Shown piece by piece: positions 1-9,801 of a stretch of 52,679 bases of DNA (position 1 is the stretch's first letter; the number at the start of each line of letters is the position of its first letter). The stretch comes from an uncultured Desulfurococcaceae archaeon. GTDB lineage: Archaea > Thermoproteota > Thermoprotei_A > Sulfolobales > NBVN01. The notes below the pieces were generated by a model that was not told the origin of the DNA, did no database searches, and saw only the letters and a program-made list of their open reading frames with translations. The translations under genes were made by a program, and so were the position numbers. The DNA lies in assembly GCA_964417765.1 (NCBI GenBank), contig CAYQIX010000001.1, positions 1 through 52,679 of the forward strand. The letters are read 5' to 3'.

Positions 1-593
1 CTATAAGGGAGGCGCTTAAGAAGTATGACGCGAATACCATAAGGCTCTTCATACTGTCGACGCACTATAGGTCACCACTGGACTTCAGGTGGGAGCTGCT
101 AGATAATGCAGCTAAGTCAGTCTCAAGACTAACTACGGCTGTCAGCAGGCTGAAGCAGCTGGATATAGTAAAGTCGATTCAAGGTAGTGATGAAGAGAAG
201 CTTATGAATGCGGCTAAGGAGGCAATGAGGGGATTCGTAGACTCTATGAATAATGACTTAAATACTGCTGCAGCGCTCTCACACATATTCAAGCTAGTTA
301 ACGCAGTCAACGACTACACCAACAAGCACTCGAGAATATCTAAGGCAGGCTTCGAGGAAGTCTACAGGGTATTTAAGGAAGTATTCGACATACTCGGGCT
401 CAGAGTAGAAGAGAAAGTAAGTACTGACGTCACAGAGCTAATTCAGCTGATAGTTGATGTCAGATCTAAGCTGAGGGCTAGGAAGATGTGGGACCTAGCT
501 GATGAAGTAAGAGCTAGGCTCAGAGAACTAGGGATAGAATTGCAGGACACAGCATCAGGAACGAGGTGGATCCTTAGGAAGCGCAAAGCGTAA
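1..593 (+). CDS. cysS: Cysteinyl-tRNA synthetase, C-terminal part (5' end outside window)
   Basis: The frame of listed ORF 204..593 stays open to the window edge. Codons from nt 3 read IREALKKYDANTIRLFILSTHYRSPLDFRWELLDNA..., the conserved HYRSPL(D/N)F block of class-I CysRS, followed by a helical C-terminal domain. Stop at 591-593. Confidence 0.85.
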   Translation, partial: IREALKKYDANTIRLFILSTHYRSPLDFRWELLDNAAKSVSRLTTAVSRLKQLDIVKSIQGSDEEKLMNAAKEAMRGFVDSMNNDLNTAAALSHIFKLVNAVNDYTNKHSRISKAGFEEVYRVFKEVFDILGLRVEEKVSTDVTELIQLIVDVRSKLRARKMWDLADEVRARLRELGIELQDTASGTRWILRKRKA

Positions 594-771
594 GTCAGCT
601 AGCCTCAGCTGGACTAGATACACGTAAGTAAGTAGGCGTAGAGCACCAACCTTTTTGTACCTGGAGTAATTCCAAAATTATTAATTTCGAGTGAAGTACT
701 CATACTAAATCGCTTTGTGAAAGCACATCACGCTGTGGGGTACTTACACCGAAGGAGATTCAGGGGGTTGG

Positions 772-1182
772 TTAGCTAAGCAGCTCACATATTCTCTTGA
801 TTTCATTACTATTCCTAAGCTTTCTTAGGGTCCTCAAGTACTTCCTCAATTCCTTCTCAAACACCTCATTATGCGGCCTGACGTGACCACTAAATGTCTT
901 CGGGACATGCATTAGCTCGTGAACTACTATCCTCACCTTCTCGCTGCAGTCGAGCCTGCTGAAGTTCCTGTCTATTAACTCAATGACGTAGTACGGCCCA
1001 GTCCCTAGGCCTACTTGAAGCACCTTACTCAGTCCCCACAGCCTCGCGTATGCCATAGACTTAGAGCTAGACCTCACAACCTTAACTCTATCAACACGTA
1101 TATAGTCAAGCCTCAGCAGCTTAACGATGAGCCTTACTGCCTCTTCACCTCTTAAGTCCCTAGTGACCCTCAACTCCGCCAC
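772..1182 (-). CDS. Small predicted zinc metallopeptidase (HExxH), archaeal COG4900-like
   Basis: 136 aa with a single HELMH motif followed by a further His (GHVRPH). Size and layout resemble the small archaeal predicted-metallopeptidase family. No other domain recognised. Confidence 0.5.
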   Translation of the reverse strand: MAELRVTRDLRGEEAVRLIVKLLRLDYIRVDRVKVVRSSSKSMAYARLWGLSKVLQVGLGTGPYYVIELIDRNFSRLDCSEKVRIVVHELMHVPKTFSGHVRPHNEVFEKELRKYLRTLRKLRNSNEIKRICELLS

Positions 1183-1271
1183 ACCACCTAAGAGCCTTCT
1201 CTGTAGTGTGAATTTAATTGTGTTGTGGGTGCAGCCGTGATTAAGTATTGATTAAGGCCTCAGTCAATTAA

Positions 1272-1577
1272 TTGTTGGGGCGGGTCGGTGTGGATGCACT
1301 AATACTTACCTTAGGTATAGTACTGATTTTCATAGGGTTTATCATAGTTGTGCTCTCGCTGATACTCAGCTATGTTAAGCCCTCACCTGCTGGCAGGGGT
1401 GAAACTAGGGTTAGCGGTGGAGGCGTTATTATTGTCGGGCCTGTACCGATAGTATTCGGAACTGATAAGAGGGCTGCCCTTGCAGCTGCAGTAATTGGCG
1501 CTATTCTAACTATTATTGTCTTGTTGGTGTTCTTGATTACTGGCGGCTATGTACAGGTGCCTGGCGGGGTGAGGTAA
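1272..1577 (+). CDS. Small integral membrane protein, DUF131/TIGR00304-like
   Basis: 101 aa, two hydrophobic helices flanking the Gly-rich motif GGGVIIVGPVPIVFGTDKR. TTG start. Confidence 0.6.
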   Translation: MLGRVGVDALILTLGIVLIFIGFIIVVLSLILSYVKPSPAGRGETRVSGGGVIIVGPVPIVFGTDKRAALAAAVIGAILTIIVLLVFLITGGYVQVPGGVR

Positions 1578-1578
1578 G

Positions 1579-1851
1579 GTGAGGTCACTAGCGGTCGCCG
1601 GCTTAATGCTGATTATAGCTGGCATACTCTTGGTTGTGGCGTCCTTCTTAGTAGGTGCAGGTGAGGAAGGCGTGGGTGGTGCAGCGGGCTGCATAATAAT
1701 AGGGCCTATTCCCATATGCTTTACGGGTAAGGGCGCAGCTACAGCAGTAATTTTGGTTGGTGTGCTACTCATGGCTATAGTCTTCGGTATTGCTGTGTAC
1801 ATTATTTTGAAGGCAATGAAGTACTATGGAGCTCACTCACTTACTTATTAG
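1579..1851 (+). CDS. Small integral membrane protein, DUF131/TIGR00304-like (tandem paralog)
   Basis: 90 aa with the same architecture and the core motif GCIIIGPIPICFTGKG. GTG start 1 nt after the stop of the preceding paralog. Confidence 0.6.
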   Translation: MRSLAVAGLMLIIAGILLVVASFLVGAGEEGVGGAAGCIIIGPIPICFTGKGAATAVILVGVLLMAIVFGIAVYIILKAMKYYGAHSLTY

Positions 1852-1949
1852 AAGAACTCAGTGAAAAGGTAACGAATTGTCCTGCGCCATGTAAGAGAAT
1901 TTTAGTAAATAATCATTAGCGAGTACTAGTATACTGACTTTGCTGAAGT

Positions 1950-2576
1950 TCATGTATAAGGTATCTGTGCTGTTCTATTATGTAGGCTGAAATCTTTTAA
2001 TCTATTTAGGTTGAGAAACTCGACCTCAGGATTACTTGATAAGTAGTGAATAGGGACGTACTTAGTACGCATGAGTGCATATAATTTAGATACCTTCCTA
2101 GCACCTAATCTCATTAGCTCCTCAGCAGCTCGGTATGCTGCAGTAGTTCTCACCGCAGTGATAAGTGGTTCAACATGGCCACTAGGCCACCTAGGTACAG
2201 CTGCATCGTAGCCAGCTATAATGAACTCCTCAAGCTTCCTGTACATACTTAATGATATGTGCGGTGCGTCAGCTGGCGCTATGTAGGTTAGCTCGCACGA
2301 ACTGTAGAGCAGGCCTGTGTAGATACCAGCTAGAGGGCCGTAGCCTGTGGTGATGTCGGTGACTAGCCTTACGGAGCTTGGAAGCAGTTTTGCTAGCATA
2401 TTGGCTTGCCAAGTATTCCCAACACAGACTACTATTTCATTAACGTGCTGAGTAAAGCGGCTAATGATGTGCAGTATTAGTGGAGTACCGCTAATCGTAA
2501 TTAACGGCTTGTATAAGTGTCCCAGCCTATTACCTCTGCCTCCAGCTAAGATAAGCAGCATTCTTCGAAGGTCCAC
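1950..2576 (-). CDS. MobA-like NTP transferase (probable molybdenum/tungsten cofactor guanylyl/cytidylyltransferase)
   Basis: The N-terminal LILAGGRGNRLG...KPL...GTPLI is the nucleotide-binding signature of the MobA/NTP_transf_3 family. The ~200 aa size fits. Confidence 0.6.
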   Translation of the reverse strand: MDLRRMLLILAGGRGNRLGHLYKPLITISGTPLILHIISRFTQHVNEIVVCVGNTWQANMLAKLLPSSVRLVTDITTGYGPLAGIYTGLLYSSCELTYIAPADAPHISLSMYRKLEEFIIAGYDAAVPRWPSGHVEPLITAVRTTAAYRAAEELMRLGARKVSKLYALMRTKYVPIHYLSSNPEVEFLNLNRLKDFSLHNRTAQIPYT

Positions 2577-2671
2577 TCTTCCTCACACTCAAAGTGCTTA
2601 TCTCATTACATTAAGATGATAGTTTACTCCTTATTTACCCCTACCCTACAATTCTAAGGGGCGGTATAGGA

Positions 2672-3592
2672 TTGCTGCTAGAGTCGTTTGGCGCCAAAGT
2701 GCTCATTGAGTCAAGTGAGGACCTGAGTGAGGTTGCTTCCGGCTTAAGGGGTCTCTTTGCTAGGCGCTATATACCGGCATTCACAATTAGCGAATATTCA
2801 GGCAGTAGCTACGATGCAAGAATTCATTGGAATGTCACGTCGGGGGAGTTTAAAGTTAATGAGTACTCGCTAGGGGATGTAGATGAGTTCAAGATCTCAT
2901 CACCACCCCCCAGACCTTATACTTGTGAGTCACCTTACTTCTTTATACTGCAGGTCTTTTCAAGGCAGTACCTGAAGAAGGGATACCTCATGCTTACTGA
3001 TGCAGTTTCGTTTGCTGATAGTGAGGGGAGAGCATATTTAGTTCTTGGTTACCCGCACGGGGGCAAGAGCAGCATACTAACAATAGCTTTAGCTAATGGG
3101 TACTTACCGCTAACTACTGAAAACACGATAGTGCGTGTTACCAGCAAGTACTTGGAGGTTGTCGGCGGTACTGACGTATTAGTATTAGACCCATACACCT
3201 TAGATAAGTATAGGCTAAATCTAAGGATTGAGCCTGACGGTACTACAAGACATGGCTACTTAATAGTAGATCTAAGCAAGAGAGTTAGCAAGTCCCTACT
3301 TCCAGTAAAGATTAGGTCCATCTATGTTGTTCACTGCTCATATTCATCGATAGGAGCGAGTAAGAAGCTTATTAAGGGAAGGAAAGCAATGAAGACCCTA
3401 TGGCAATTTGCAACGTCAATTATTAGAGGTATAGATTACTATGAGCCATACCCTCTGTATCTCTCAGATGACAAGTTAGACGAGCTGCAGAGGAGATACC
3501 TGATTAGGGTATCTGCAATATATGAAGGAAAGTTTTACGAGATATTTGGATCTCATTTAGATGTTTTCAATGAAATTGTAAGAGGGCAGTAG
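2672..3592 (+). CDS. Hypothetical P-loop protein (HprK-related-kinase-like Walker A)
   Basis: 306 aa, TTG start. The central motif LVLGYPHGGKSSILTIALANGYLPLTTENT fits Walker A (GxxxxGKS) followed by the helix typical of the HPr-kinase-like C-terminal domain. No other motif recognised. Confidence 0.4.
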   Translation: MLLESFGAKVLIESSEDLSEVASGLRGLFARRYIPAFTISEYSGSSYDARIHWNVTSGEFKVNEYSLGDVDEFKISSPPPRPYTCESPYFFILQVFSRQYLKKGYLMLTDAVSFADSEGRAYLVLGYPHGGKSSILTIALANGYLPLTTENTIVRVTSKYLEVVGGTDVLVLDPYTLDKYRLNLRIEPDGTTRHGYLIVDLSKRVSKSLLPVKIRSIYVVHCSYSSIGASKKLIKGRKAMKTLWQFATSIIRGIDYYEPYPLYLSDDKLDELQRRYLIRVSAIYEGKFYEIFGSHLDVFNEIVRGQ

Positions 3593-3696
3593 CATCCGAC
3601 CTGCACCTACTTACTACCTAGCAGCATAAGTAATGTCTGCCTCATAACGCTGAGTACAGCTGTAAGGTCTGCGGGCAACGATATTAGATAACACAA

Positions 3697-3718
3697 CTAT
3701 TTCATTACTATTTCATTA
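3697..3718. repeat. Perfect 11-bp tandem duplication (CTATTTCATTA x2) in a convergent 3'-3' intergenic region
   Basis: Read directly at 3697-3707 and 3708-3718. The T-rich context lies between the ends of the 2672..3592(+) and 3800..5212(-) genes, so it may act as a bidirectional oligo-T terminator zone. Confidence 0.85.
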
Positions 3719-3799
3719 TTTATGAATTGCAATTCATTAAACTTAGGGGAGCAAACTCATGAAGAAACAAGTAATGTAGGGAAGTGAGTCTCATTAAGT

Positions 3800-5212
3800 T
3801 CACATTTTACTTAACACTCCTCTAGCTGCTAACACACCAGTAGCTGCAGCAACATTAATTCCTCTTGATAGTCCTGCACCGTCACCAGCCACGAAGACAT
3901 TCTCTAGTGTGGTTTCTAGGAGTTCATTAATTTTCGCTTTAACGCTGTAGAACTTGATTTCTGGTGCGTAAAGAAGGGTCTGAGACGATGCTATGCCGGG
4001 CATTATTGTGTCTAGCCTATTGATTGCCTCAATTAAGTTCGCTACTACTCTGTACGGCAGTGCCATACCTATGTCGCCTGGAGTCACGTGCTTTAGTGTA
4101 GGCTCTACAGCACTCCTGCTAACTCTCTCCCACGTGCTCCTCCTACCTGCTATTAGGTCCCCGAACCTCTGAATTATCGGTTTGCCGCCACCTAACTTAG
4201 TCGCTAAGTGCGCTATGCTCCTGCCATAAGCGATGGTGTCTTCTAGCGGATTAGTTAGCTTGACAGTAACTAGCAGCGCGAAGTTAGTGTTCTTTGACTT
4301 TATATTTACGTACGACTCACCGTTCACGCCAACTATGTGGTCGTCGTACCTCTCTTGAACTACGAATCCGTTAGGGTTGGTGCAGAAGGTCCTTACCTTA
4401 TCGTCGTAGACCTTAGTATACATTATTATCTTTGGATCCCTCACAATCTTAGTTATTGGCTCAGCAATGTAGGACGGTATCTCAACCCTCACACCTATGT
4501 CCAGAGGTCCTGGCTCAATTTCAATACCTCTCTTCTTAGCTAACTCAGCAAACCACGATGCACCACTACGTCCTGGAGCTAGAATAACGAACTTAGCTAT
4601 TAAGTCGCCTGCCGTAGTCTTGACTTTTAAGTACTCGCTGCTTCTGACGATGTCCAGTGCTCGAGTACCTAAGACGAATTTAACTCCCCGTGACTCTAGG
4701 TACTTCGTCATGTTCTCTACTACCTTAACTGTATTGTCTGAGCCTATGTGCCTCTGAGGCGTTGGTACGAACTTAGCGCCCGCCTTAGCAGCTAGCCTCT
4801 CAAGTTCCGTGGCTACGTTATTCTCTATAGTGAATAATCTATCCTTAGGTGCGCCGAACTTAACGAATACCAAGTCAATGTACTTTATTAATTCTTCAGC
4901 TTTTCTCCAACTACCGAGCAGCTTATCCAGATCGCCGCCAACGTCCGGGCGCAGGTTAATTGTTCCGCTACTTAATGCTCCAGCACCGCCGACACCCTGC
5001 ATGATGTGGCATGGACTGCACCTAGCGCAGCCACTGATCTTGAAGTCTATGTTGAGTTCCGAAGTTACTATAGGGCACCTACGCTCTGATGCCCTACTTC
5101 CCCTCTCGATTATAGCTACCTTTAGAGGCTTCTTAGTATTTGTTACTAACTCGTAAGCTGCAAAAAGCCCTGCAGGACCTGCACCGACTATAACCACGTC
5201 GAACTCACTCAT
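3800..5212 (-). CDS. FAD-dependent dehydrogenase (COG2509-like)
   Basis: N-terminal dinucleotide fold FDVVIVGAGPAGLFAAYEL and C-terminal VFVAGDGAG motif. 470 aa. Starts 6 nt after the purA stop, so it is the last gene of the purine operon. Confidence 0.75.
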   Translation of the reverse strand: MSEFDVVIVGAGPAGLFAAYELVTNTKKPLKVAIIERGSRASERRCPIVTSELNIDFKISGCARCSPCHIMQGVGGAGALSSGTINLRPDVGGDLDKLLGSWRKAEELIKYIDLVFVKFGAPKDRLFTIENNVATELERLAAKAGAKFVPTPQRHIGSDNTVKVVENMTKYLESRGVKFVLGTRALDIVRSSEYLKVKTTAGDLIAKFVILAPGRSGASWFAELAKKRGIEIEPGPLDIGVRVEIPSYIAEPITKIVRDPKIIMYTKVYDDKVRTFCTNPNGFVVQERYDDHIVGVNGESYVNIKSKNTNFALLVTVKLTNPLEDTIAYGRSIAHLATKLGGGKPIIQRFGDLIAGRRSTWERVSRSAVEPTLKHVTPGDIGMALPYRVVANLIEAINRLDTIMPGIASSQTLLYAPEIKFYSVKAKINELLETTLENVFVAGDGAGLSRGINVAAATGVLAARGVLSKM

Positions 5213-5218
5213 GCAGCA

Positions 5219-6244
5219 TCACCTCAGGATGCCCAGATCCTTCCTCCTGTCAATTACTTGACTTGCGTCGGGTCCGGTACCGATTAGAGTTACAGGCACT
5301 TTAATTTCTGACTCTACCTCCTCAATCCACTTACGTGCTTCGTAAGGCAGCTTACTCCACTCCCGGACACCGCTTGCTTCAGGGTAGAGTACGTCGAGCT
5401 TAGTTACTGCTGCTTGAGTAGCTGTGTTTAGCATCACAGCTCTCTTAGCTAGCTTCATGTTGAAGGGAGCAGCCCTTCTTCTCCTCCCAGTGACTGTAGC
5501 TACCTCGTCCCAGCCTCTCCTGCGTGCCTCCTCTGGCGTTAGCTCACCCTCTAAGGGGCCTCCACCAACTCTAGTCACGTACGCCTTAAACACTACTAGT
5601 ACTTCATCAACATTCTTAGGCCCCACACCAACCTCGGAAGCAAACGCTGAAGCTGTCGTGTCACGGCTTGTTACGTATGGGTATGTGCCGTGATAGAGGC
5701 TTAAGTAGGTCCCCTGAGTTCCCTCTACTAGGACATTTAGCCCCTTGCTGAGAGCTTCATTAACTTCAGCAGGCACATCCGTTATCATCTCCTTTAACTC
5801 CTCGAACTCGCGAGCCAGCTTAAGCCTCCTCAGCACTCTATCAGCCATGGCCGCTCCAACTCCCTGCAGCGTAGACCCTACCTTACCTGACAGGTGCGCA
5901 TCCCTCCTCTCAGCTTCTACATGGCGTTGCTCTATGACGCCTGTATTTGAATCTATGAAGACTCTACCTCTAGCTCCTGTCTCCTCAATCTCCTTAAACA
6001 GAATGTCCAGCCTAATTAGTGTGCCAGGCGCTATCATTAACCTAGTGTTCCTATTCACGAATGCTGAGGGTATGGCACGGAGCTTCCAAGTCCTCCCATT
6101 CAGTGTTACGGTGTGTCCAGCATTTATAGCGCCGCACCTGACTGCTACAGCCACGCTATCCGCTAAGCTCAAGTAAGCAACTATCTTTCCCTTTCCTTCA
6201 TCACCAAAGAATCCTCCGACAACTATTGTGAGTATGATCAGCAC
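5219..6244 (-). CDS. purA: Adenylosuccinate synthetase (short archaeal form)
   Basis: GGFFGDEGKGKIVAYL P-loop, GSTLQGVG, and TRVGGGPL motifs. GTG start overlaps the purB stop (GTGCTGA). Confidence 0.9.
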   Translation of the reverse strand: MLIILTIVVGGFFGDEGKGKIVAYLSLADSVAVAVRCGAINAGHTVTLNGRTWKLRAIPSAFVNRNTRLMIAPGTLIRLDILFKEIEETGARGRVFIDSNTGVIEQRHVEAERRDAHLSGKVGSTLQGVGAAMADRVLRRLKLAREFEELKEMITDVPAEVNEALSKGLNVLVEGTQGTYLSLYHGTYPYVTSRDTTASAFASEVGVGPKNVDEVLVVFKAYVTRVGGGPLEGELTPEEARRRGWDEVATVTGRRRRAAPFNMKLAKRAVMLNTATQAAVTKLDVLYPEASGVREWSKLPYEARKWIEEVESEIKVPVTLIGTGPDASQVIDRRKDLGILR

Positions 6245-7593
6245 CTCCTGAAGACTTCCTTAGCGTAGGTCAGCGACCTGTTAATTAAAAAGTCGTAACT
6301 ACCCAGGTACCTGCTGTAGTTAAAGCACTCCTCAATGTCCTCACTACTAAGTAACTTACCGACCTCACTGCCAGCAACAACGTCCCTGAATTTCCTGCCC
6401 TCAGCTAACGCCTGCCTCGCCAGGTCTGATAGCATCGAGTGGGCCTTATGCCTCGGCACGCCTGCCTTAAGGACTAATTTAATCATTAAGCACTCAGCCA
6501 TTATAGTGCCCTTACTCATCTCTAGATTCCTCCTCATTGCGGCCTCATCCACTCCTAGCGTACTTAGCATGCGCTGCGTGTCAATGAGCATCTGATCGAT
6601 AGTTAGGAGTGCATGAGGTATTAGGAATCTCTCGCTACTGCTGTTAGTTAAGTCCCTCTCATGCATTAGCGGAATGTTTTCTAAAGCAGTAACTACTAGG
6701 GCCCTGCACACCCTAGCTAGGCCTGACACACGCTCAGCTATTGTCGGGTTTCTCTTGTGAGGCATTGTGCTGCTCCCTACCCTGCCAGTAGCTATGTAAA
6801 TCTCCCCTATCTCGTTCCTAGATAGCTCCCTAACTTCAAGTGCTAGGCGGTCCAGCTGGCTAGCCAGTATGGCGATAGCAGCTACCAGCTCAGCATACCC
6901 ATCCCTAGGAGCTACCTGCGTAGTTATTGCGTGAGGCCTCAGACCTAAGGTACTGAGCGCTACCTCCTCTACCTTAGGGCCTTTCTGACCCCACGCAGCC
7001 ATGGTGCCTACAGCACCAGATACCTTACCCCTCACGACGCGCTTCTCAAGCTCACAGAACCTCTCATAACTCCTGGACAGCTCGTACACATAGTTAGCTA
7101 GCTTGAAACCTAGGGTAATGGGTAGTGCGTGCTGTCCGTGAGTCCTACCAACCATTAAGGTGTCACGGTACTTCATACTCAGCTCCATGAGCGCATCGAC
7201 TACGATCCTCAGCCTCCTCTTAATTAGCTTTACAGCATCCCTAATTATAAGGGCCCACGCAGTATCTACTATGTCATAGCTTGTTGCACCTAAGTGAACG
7301 TACTTACTGCACTCACCGCACCTCTCAGCTATCAGCGTCGCTAACGACGCTACATCATGGCCTAGCTTAGCCTCAAGCTCATCTACTTCTTCGGGCATTA
7401 TGCTGTAGGCGCACTTACTGAGTACTTCGTAGCAGCCTCTAGGAGCGAAGCCCGTCTCTTCCAGAGCCTTCATGAGAGCAGCTTCAACTTCAATAAACTT
7501 TCTCAGGATACCTTCCCGCTTAAGGAGATTTCTCATTTCTTCAGAGCCATACCTGTAGTCGAATGGACAGATCGATGTTGAAGAACTGCTCAA
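6238..7593 (-). CDS. purB: Adenylosuccinate lyase
   Basis: N-terminal CPFDYRYGS, GRTHGQHALP, and fumarate-lyase signature SSTMPHKRNP. TTG start. Confidence 0.9.
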   Translation of the reverse strand: MSSSSTSICPFDYRYGSEEMRNLLKREGILRKFIEVEAALMKALEETGFAPRGCYEVLSKCAYSIMPEEVDELEAKLGHDVASLATLIAERCGECSKYVHLGATSYDIVDTAWALIIRDAVKLIKRRLRIVVDALMELSMKYRDTLMVGRTHGQHALPITLGFKLANYVYELSRSYERFCELEKRVVRGKVSGAVGTMAAWGQKGPKVEEVALSTLGLRPHAITTQVAPRDGYAELVAAIAILASQLDRLALEVRELSRNEIGEIYIATGRVGSSTMPHKRNPTIAERVSGLARVCRALVVTALENIPLMHERDLTNSSSERFLIPHALLTIDQMLIDTQRMLSTLGVDEAAMRRNLEMSKGTIMAECLMIKLVLKAGVPRHKAHSMLSDLARQALAEGRKFRDVVAGSEVGKLLSSEDIEECFNYSRYLGSYDFLINRSLTYAKEVFRRC

Positions 7594-7595
7594 AT

Positions 7596-8204
7596 TTACT
7601 TCTCCCTCCTCAAATAGAGCTTGAGCGACTTACTCAAGTACTCAGGGTCTATCAGACCTGTATCTACCTTTAACTTACGCATCAGCTTTAGTGCTTCGTC
7701 TACTAAATGGCCGTCACGGCGATTATTTCTAGCTAGCTCGTACAGTGTCTCGGAGAGTGACCACGGATAGAATATCCACACCCACTTCTCTACCTTCTCT
7801 ACGTAGTAGTCAGGTACAAGTGAACTCGTTGTCTTGTAGTGTAGCACAGCGGTCTTTATTTCAGAGGCACCTAAATCCTTGAGGAGCCTAACTACCTTAG
7901 ACATGGTTGCTCCAGTATCAACTACTTCATCAACAACAAGCGTCCTCTTACCTTTAACATCAACACCCTCATACATCTTAATAATTGGTTCAGGTGCTAC
8001 CCGCCCGCCGATACCCCAGAACTTAGACCTTATAGTGTATAGTTCGTCAATTCCGAGGACATCACTAACTATCCTAGCGGGGACTAGCCCACCACGTGAT
8101 ATAGTTACTATCACGTCGAACTCAGCTCCAGAGTCGATTACCATCTCAGCTAGCCTGTAGCACATGCGGAGTGCCTTGCTCCATGGAAGGTAAATTACCT
8201 CCAT
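7596..8204 (-). CDS. Purine (hypoxanthine/guanine/xanthine) phosphoribosyltransferase, COG2236-type
   Basis: PRPP-binding motif LVVDEVVDTGATM. 202 aa. Embedded between guaA and purB. Confidence 0.8.
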   Translation of the reverse strand: MEVIYLPWSKALRMCYRLAEMVIDSGAEFDVIVTISRGGLVPARIVSDVLGIDELYTIRSKFWGIGGRVAPEPIIKMYEGVDVKGKRTLVVDEVVDTGATMSKVVRLLKDLGASEIKTAVLHYKTTSSLVPDYYVEKVEKWVWIFYPWSLSETLYELARNNRRDGHLVDEALKLMRKLKVDTGLIDPEYLSKSLKLYLRREK

Positions 8205-8213
8205 AAAGTCACC

Positions 8214-9761
8214 TCAGCACGGCTCAATAGTGCTTGGAGGCTTAGAAGTAATTGCGTAGGTAACCATAGTTACATTACTTAACTCTGCAGTTATCCTCCT
8301 AGCAATCCTGTCAAGCAGGTCATGAGGCAGCCTGACCCAGTCAGCAGTCATAGCATCATCGCTTGAGACCACCCTCAGCGTCACAATATATCCTACGTCC
8401 CTCGCATCACCCTTAACACCGACCCACCCATCATCACCGACCACTGCGAATGCCTGCCACACCCCCTCATAAAGACCTGCAAACCTGAGTTCATCCTCAA
8501 GTATCTTAGACGCCTTCCTAACGATCTCTAACTTCTCTGGAGTAAAGTCACCGATAATCCTGACAGCAAGCCCTGGCCCCGGAAACGGGTGCCTCTTAAT
8601 TATCTCCTCAGGTATTCCTAGTGCCTCACCAATTCTTCTTACTTCATCCTTATAGAAGTACCTGAGAGGCTCGATTAACTTGAGGTTAAACCACTCTGGT
8701 AAGCCAGCTACGTTGTGGTGACTCTTTATCCTGTCAGCTCCCTCCTCACAGCCACTCTCAATCACGTCCGGGTACGTCGTCCCCTGAACGAAGTACTTTA
8801 TCTTCGGGTCTGACTCAGCTATCTCCTTAAAGATCTTAGCGAACTCCTCACCAATAATTCTCCTCCTCTCCTCACAGTCCCTAACACCCCAGAGCTTACT
8901 CAGGAACCTCTCCCTAGCGTCAATGAATATGGGGTTGATCCCCGCCTTCCTCAAGTTTCTCAGCACTTCCTCAACCTCACCTTCACGGAAGAGTCCATGA
9001 TCAACTAAGACAGCAACCAGCCTGTCGCCGACGGCCCTCTTAACCAGTACTGCAGCAACAGTTGAGTCGACACCACCGCTGACAGCGGCCAATACCTTTG
9101 CGTCGGGCTCGACGGACTCAGCTATCTCCCTAACTATCTCATCAATGTAGTTACTGGGCCTCCAGGACCTATCGACTCTAGCTAGCTCAAGGAAGTTCTC
9201 GAGAAGCTTCATGCCTTTAAGCGTGTGCCTTACTTCAGGGTGAAACTGAATGCCGTAGGTGAGCCTCCCCTTAATCCTGAATGCAGCAATATACCCCTTA
9301 TCAGATACAGCAAGCACCTCAGCACTACCAGGTAGCTCAGCAACATAGTCCCTATGACTCATCCAGACATTCTCCCTCTTACCCCAACCAGCAAAGATAG
9401 GGTCCTCCCTAACTACCTCTACTTCAGTCCTCCCGAACTCTCCCTTCCCTCTACGTACCTCACCACCAATTAGCTTAGCTATGAGCTGATGCCCGAAACA
9501 AATACCAAGAACAGGTACTCTCAGGTCCAGAATGCTTGAGTACTTACCTATGTCCCCACTAAAGCTATTGACACTCGCAGGACCGCCAGACAGGATAACA
9601 GCTTTAATCTTATCTTTCTTTCCACTTAAGTAATCCTCAAATCGAGTATATGGAACAACCTCAGTATAAGCACAGAGCTCCCTGACCCTCCGTGATATTA
9701 AGTGCGCGTACTGTCCGCCGAAATTCACTACTAAGACTACGTCACGTACCTCCTTACTCAA
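8214..9761 (-). CDS. guaA: GMP synthase (glutamine-hydrolysing), fused GATase + ATP-pyrophosphatase
   Basis: The GATase region has GICFGHQL and the HPE triad element. The PP-loop is AVSGGVDSTV. The C-terminal dimerisation domain ends in STIEPC. TTG start. Confidence 0.92.
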   Translation of the reverse strand: MSKEVRDVVLVVNFGGQYAHLISRRVRELCAYTEVVPYTRFEDYLSGKKDKIKAVILSGGPASVNSFSGDIGKYSSILDLRVPVLGICFGHQLIAKLIGGEVRRGKGEFGRTEVEVVREDPIFAGWGKRENVWMSHRDYVAELPGSAEVLAVSDKGYIAAFRIKGRLTYGIQFHPEVRHTLKGMKLLENFLELARVDRSWRPSNYIDEIVREIAESVEPDAKVLAAVSGGVDSTVAAVLVKRAVGDRLVAVLVDHGLFREGEVEEVLRNLRKAGINPIFIDARERFLSKLWGVRDCEERRRIIGEEFAKIFKEIAESDPKIKYFVQGTTYPDVIESGCEEGADRIKSHHNVAGLPEWFNLKLIEPLRYFYKDEVRRIGEALGIPEEIIKRHPFPGPGLAVRIIGDFTPEKLEIVRKASKILEDELRFAGLYEGVWQAFAVVGDDGWVGVKGDARDVGYIVTLRVVSSDDAMTADWVRLPHDLLDRIARRITAELSNVTMVTYAITSKPPSTIEPC

Positions 9762-9792
9762 CCTCTTCCCTGTTTCTACGAGGTAATGTAGC

Positions 9793-9801
9793 TATATAAA
9801 A
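9793..9801 (-). promoter_or_regulatory. TATA-like box for the guaA-PRTase-purB-purA operon
   Basis: The minus strand reads TTTTATATA about 32-40 nt upstream of the guaA TTG start at 9761. Confidence 0.35.

Noticed and set aside
594-771. Sequence with AGCTGG...TAGAGC-like elements, checked as a possible tRNA downstream of cysS.
   Set aside because: I could not build an acceptor stem, anticodon arm or T-arm (GTTCRANNC) on either strand.
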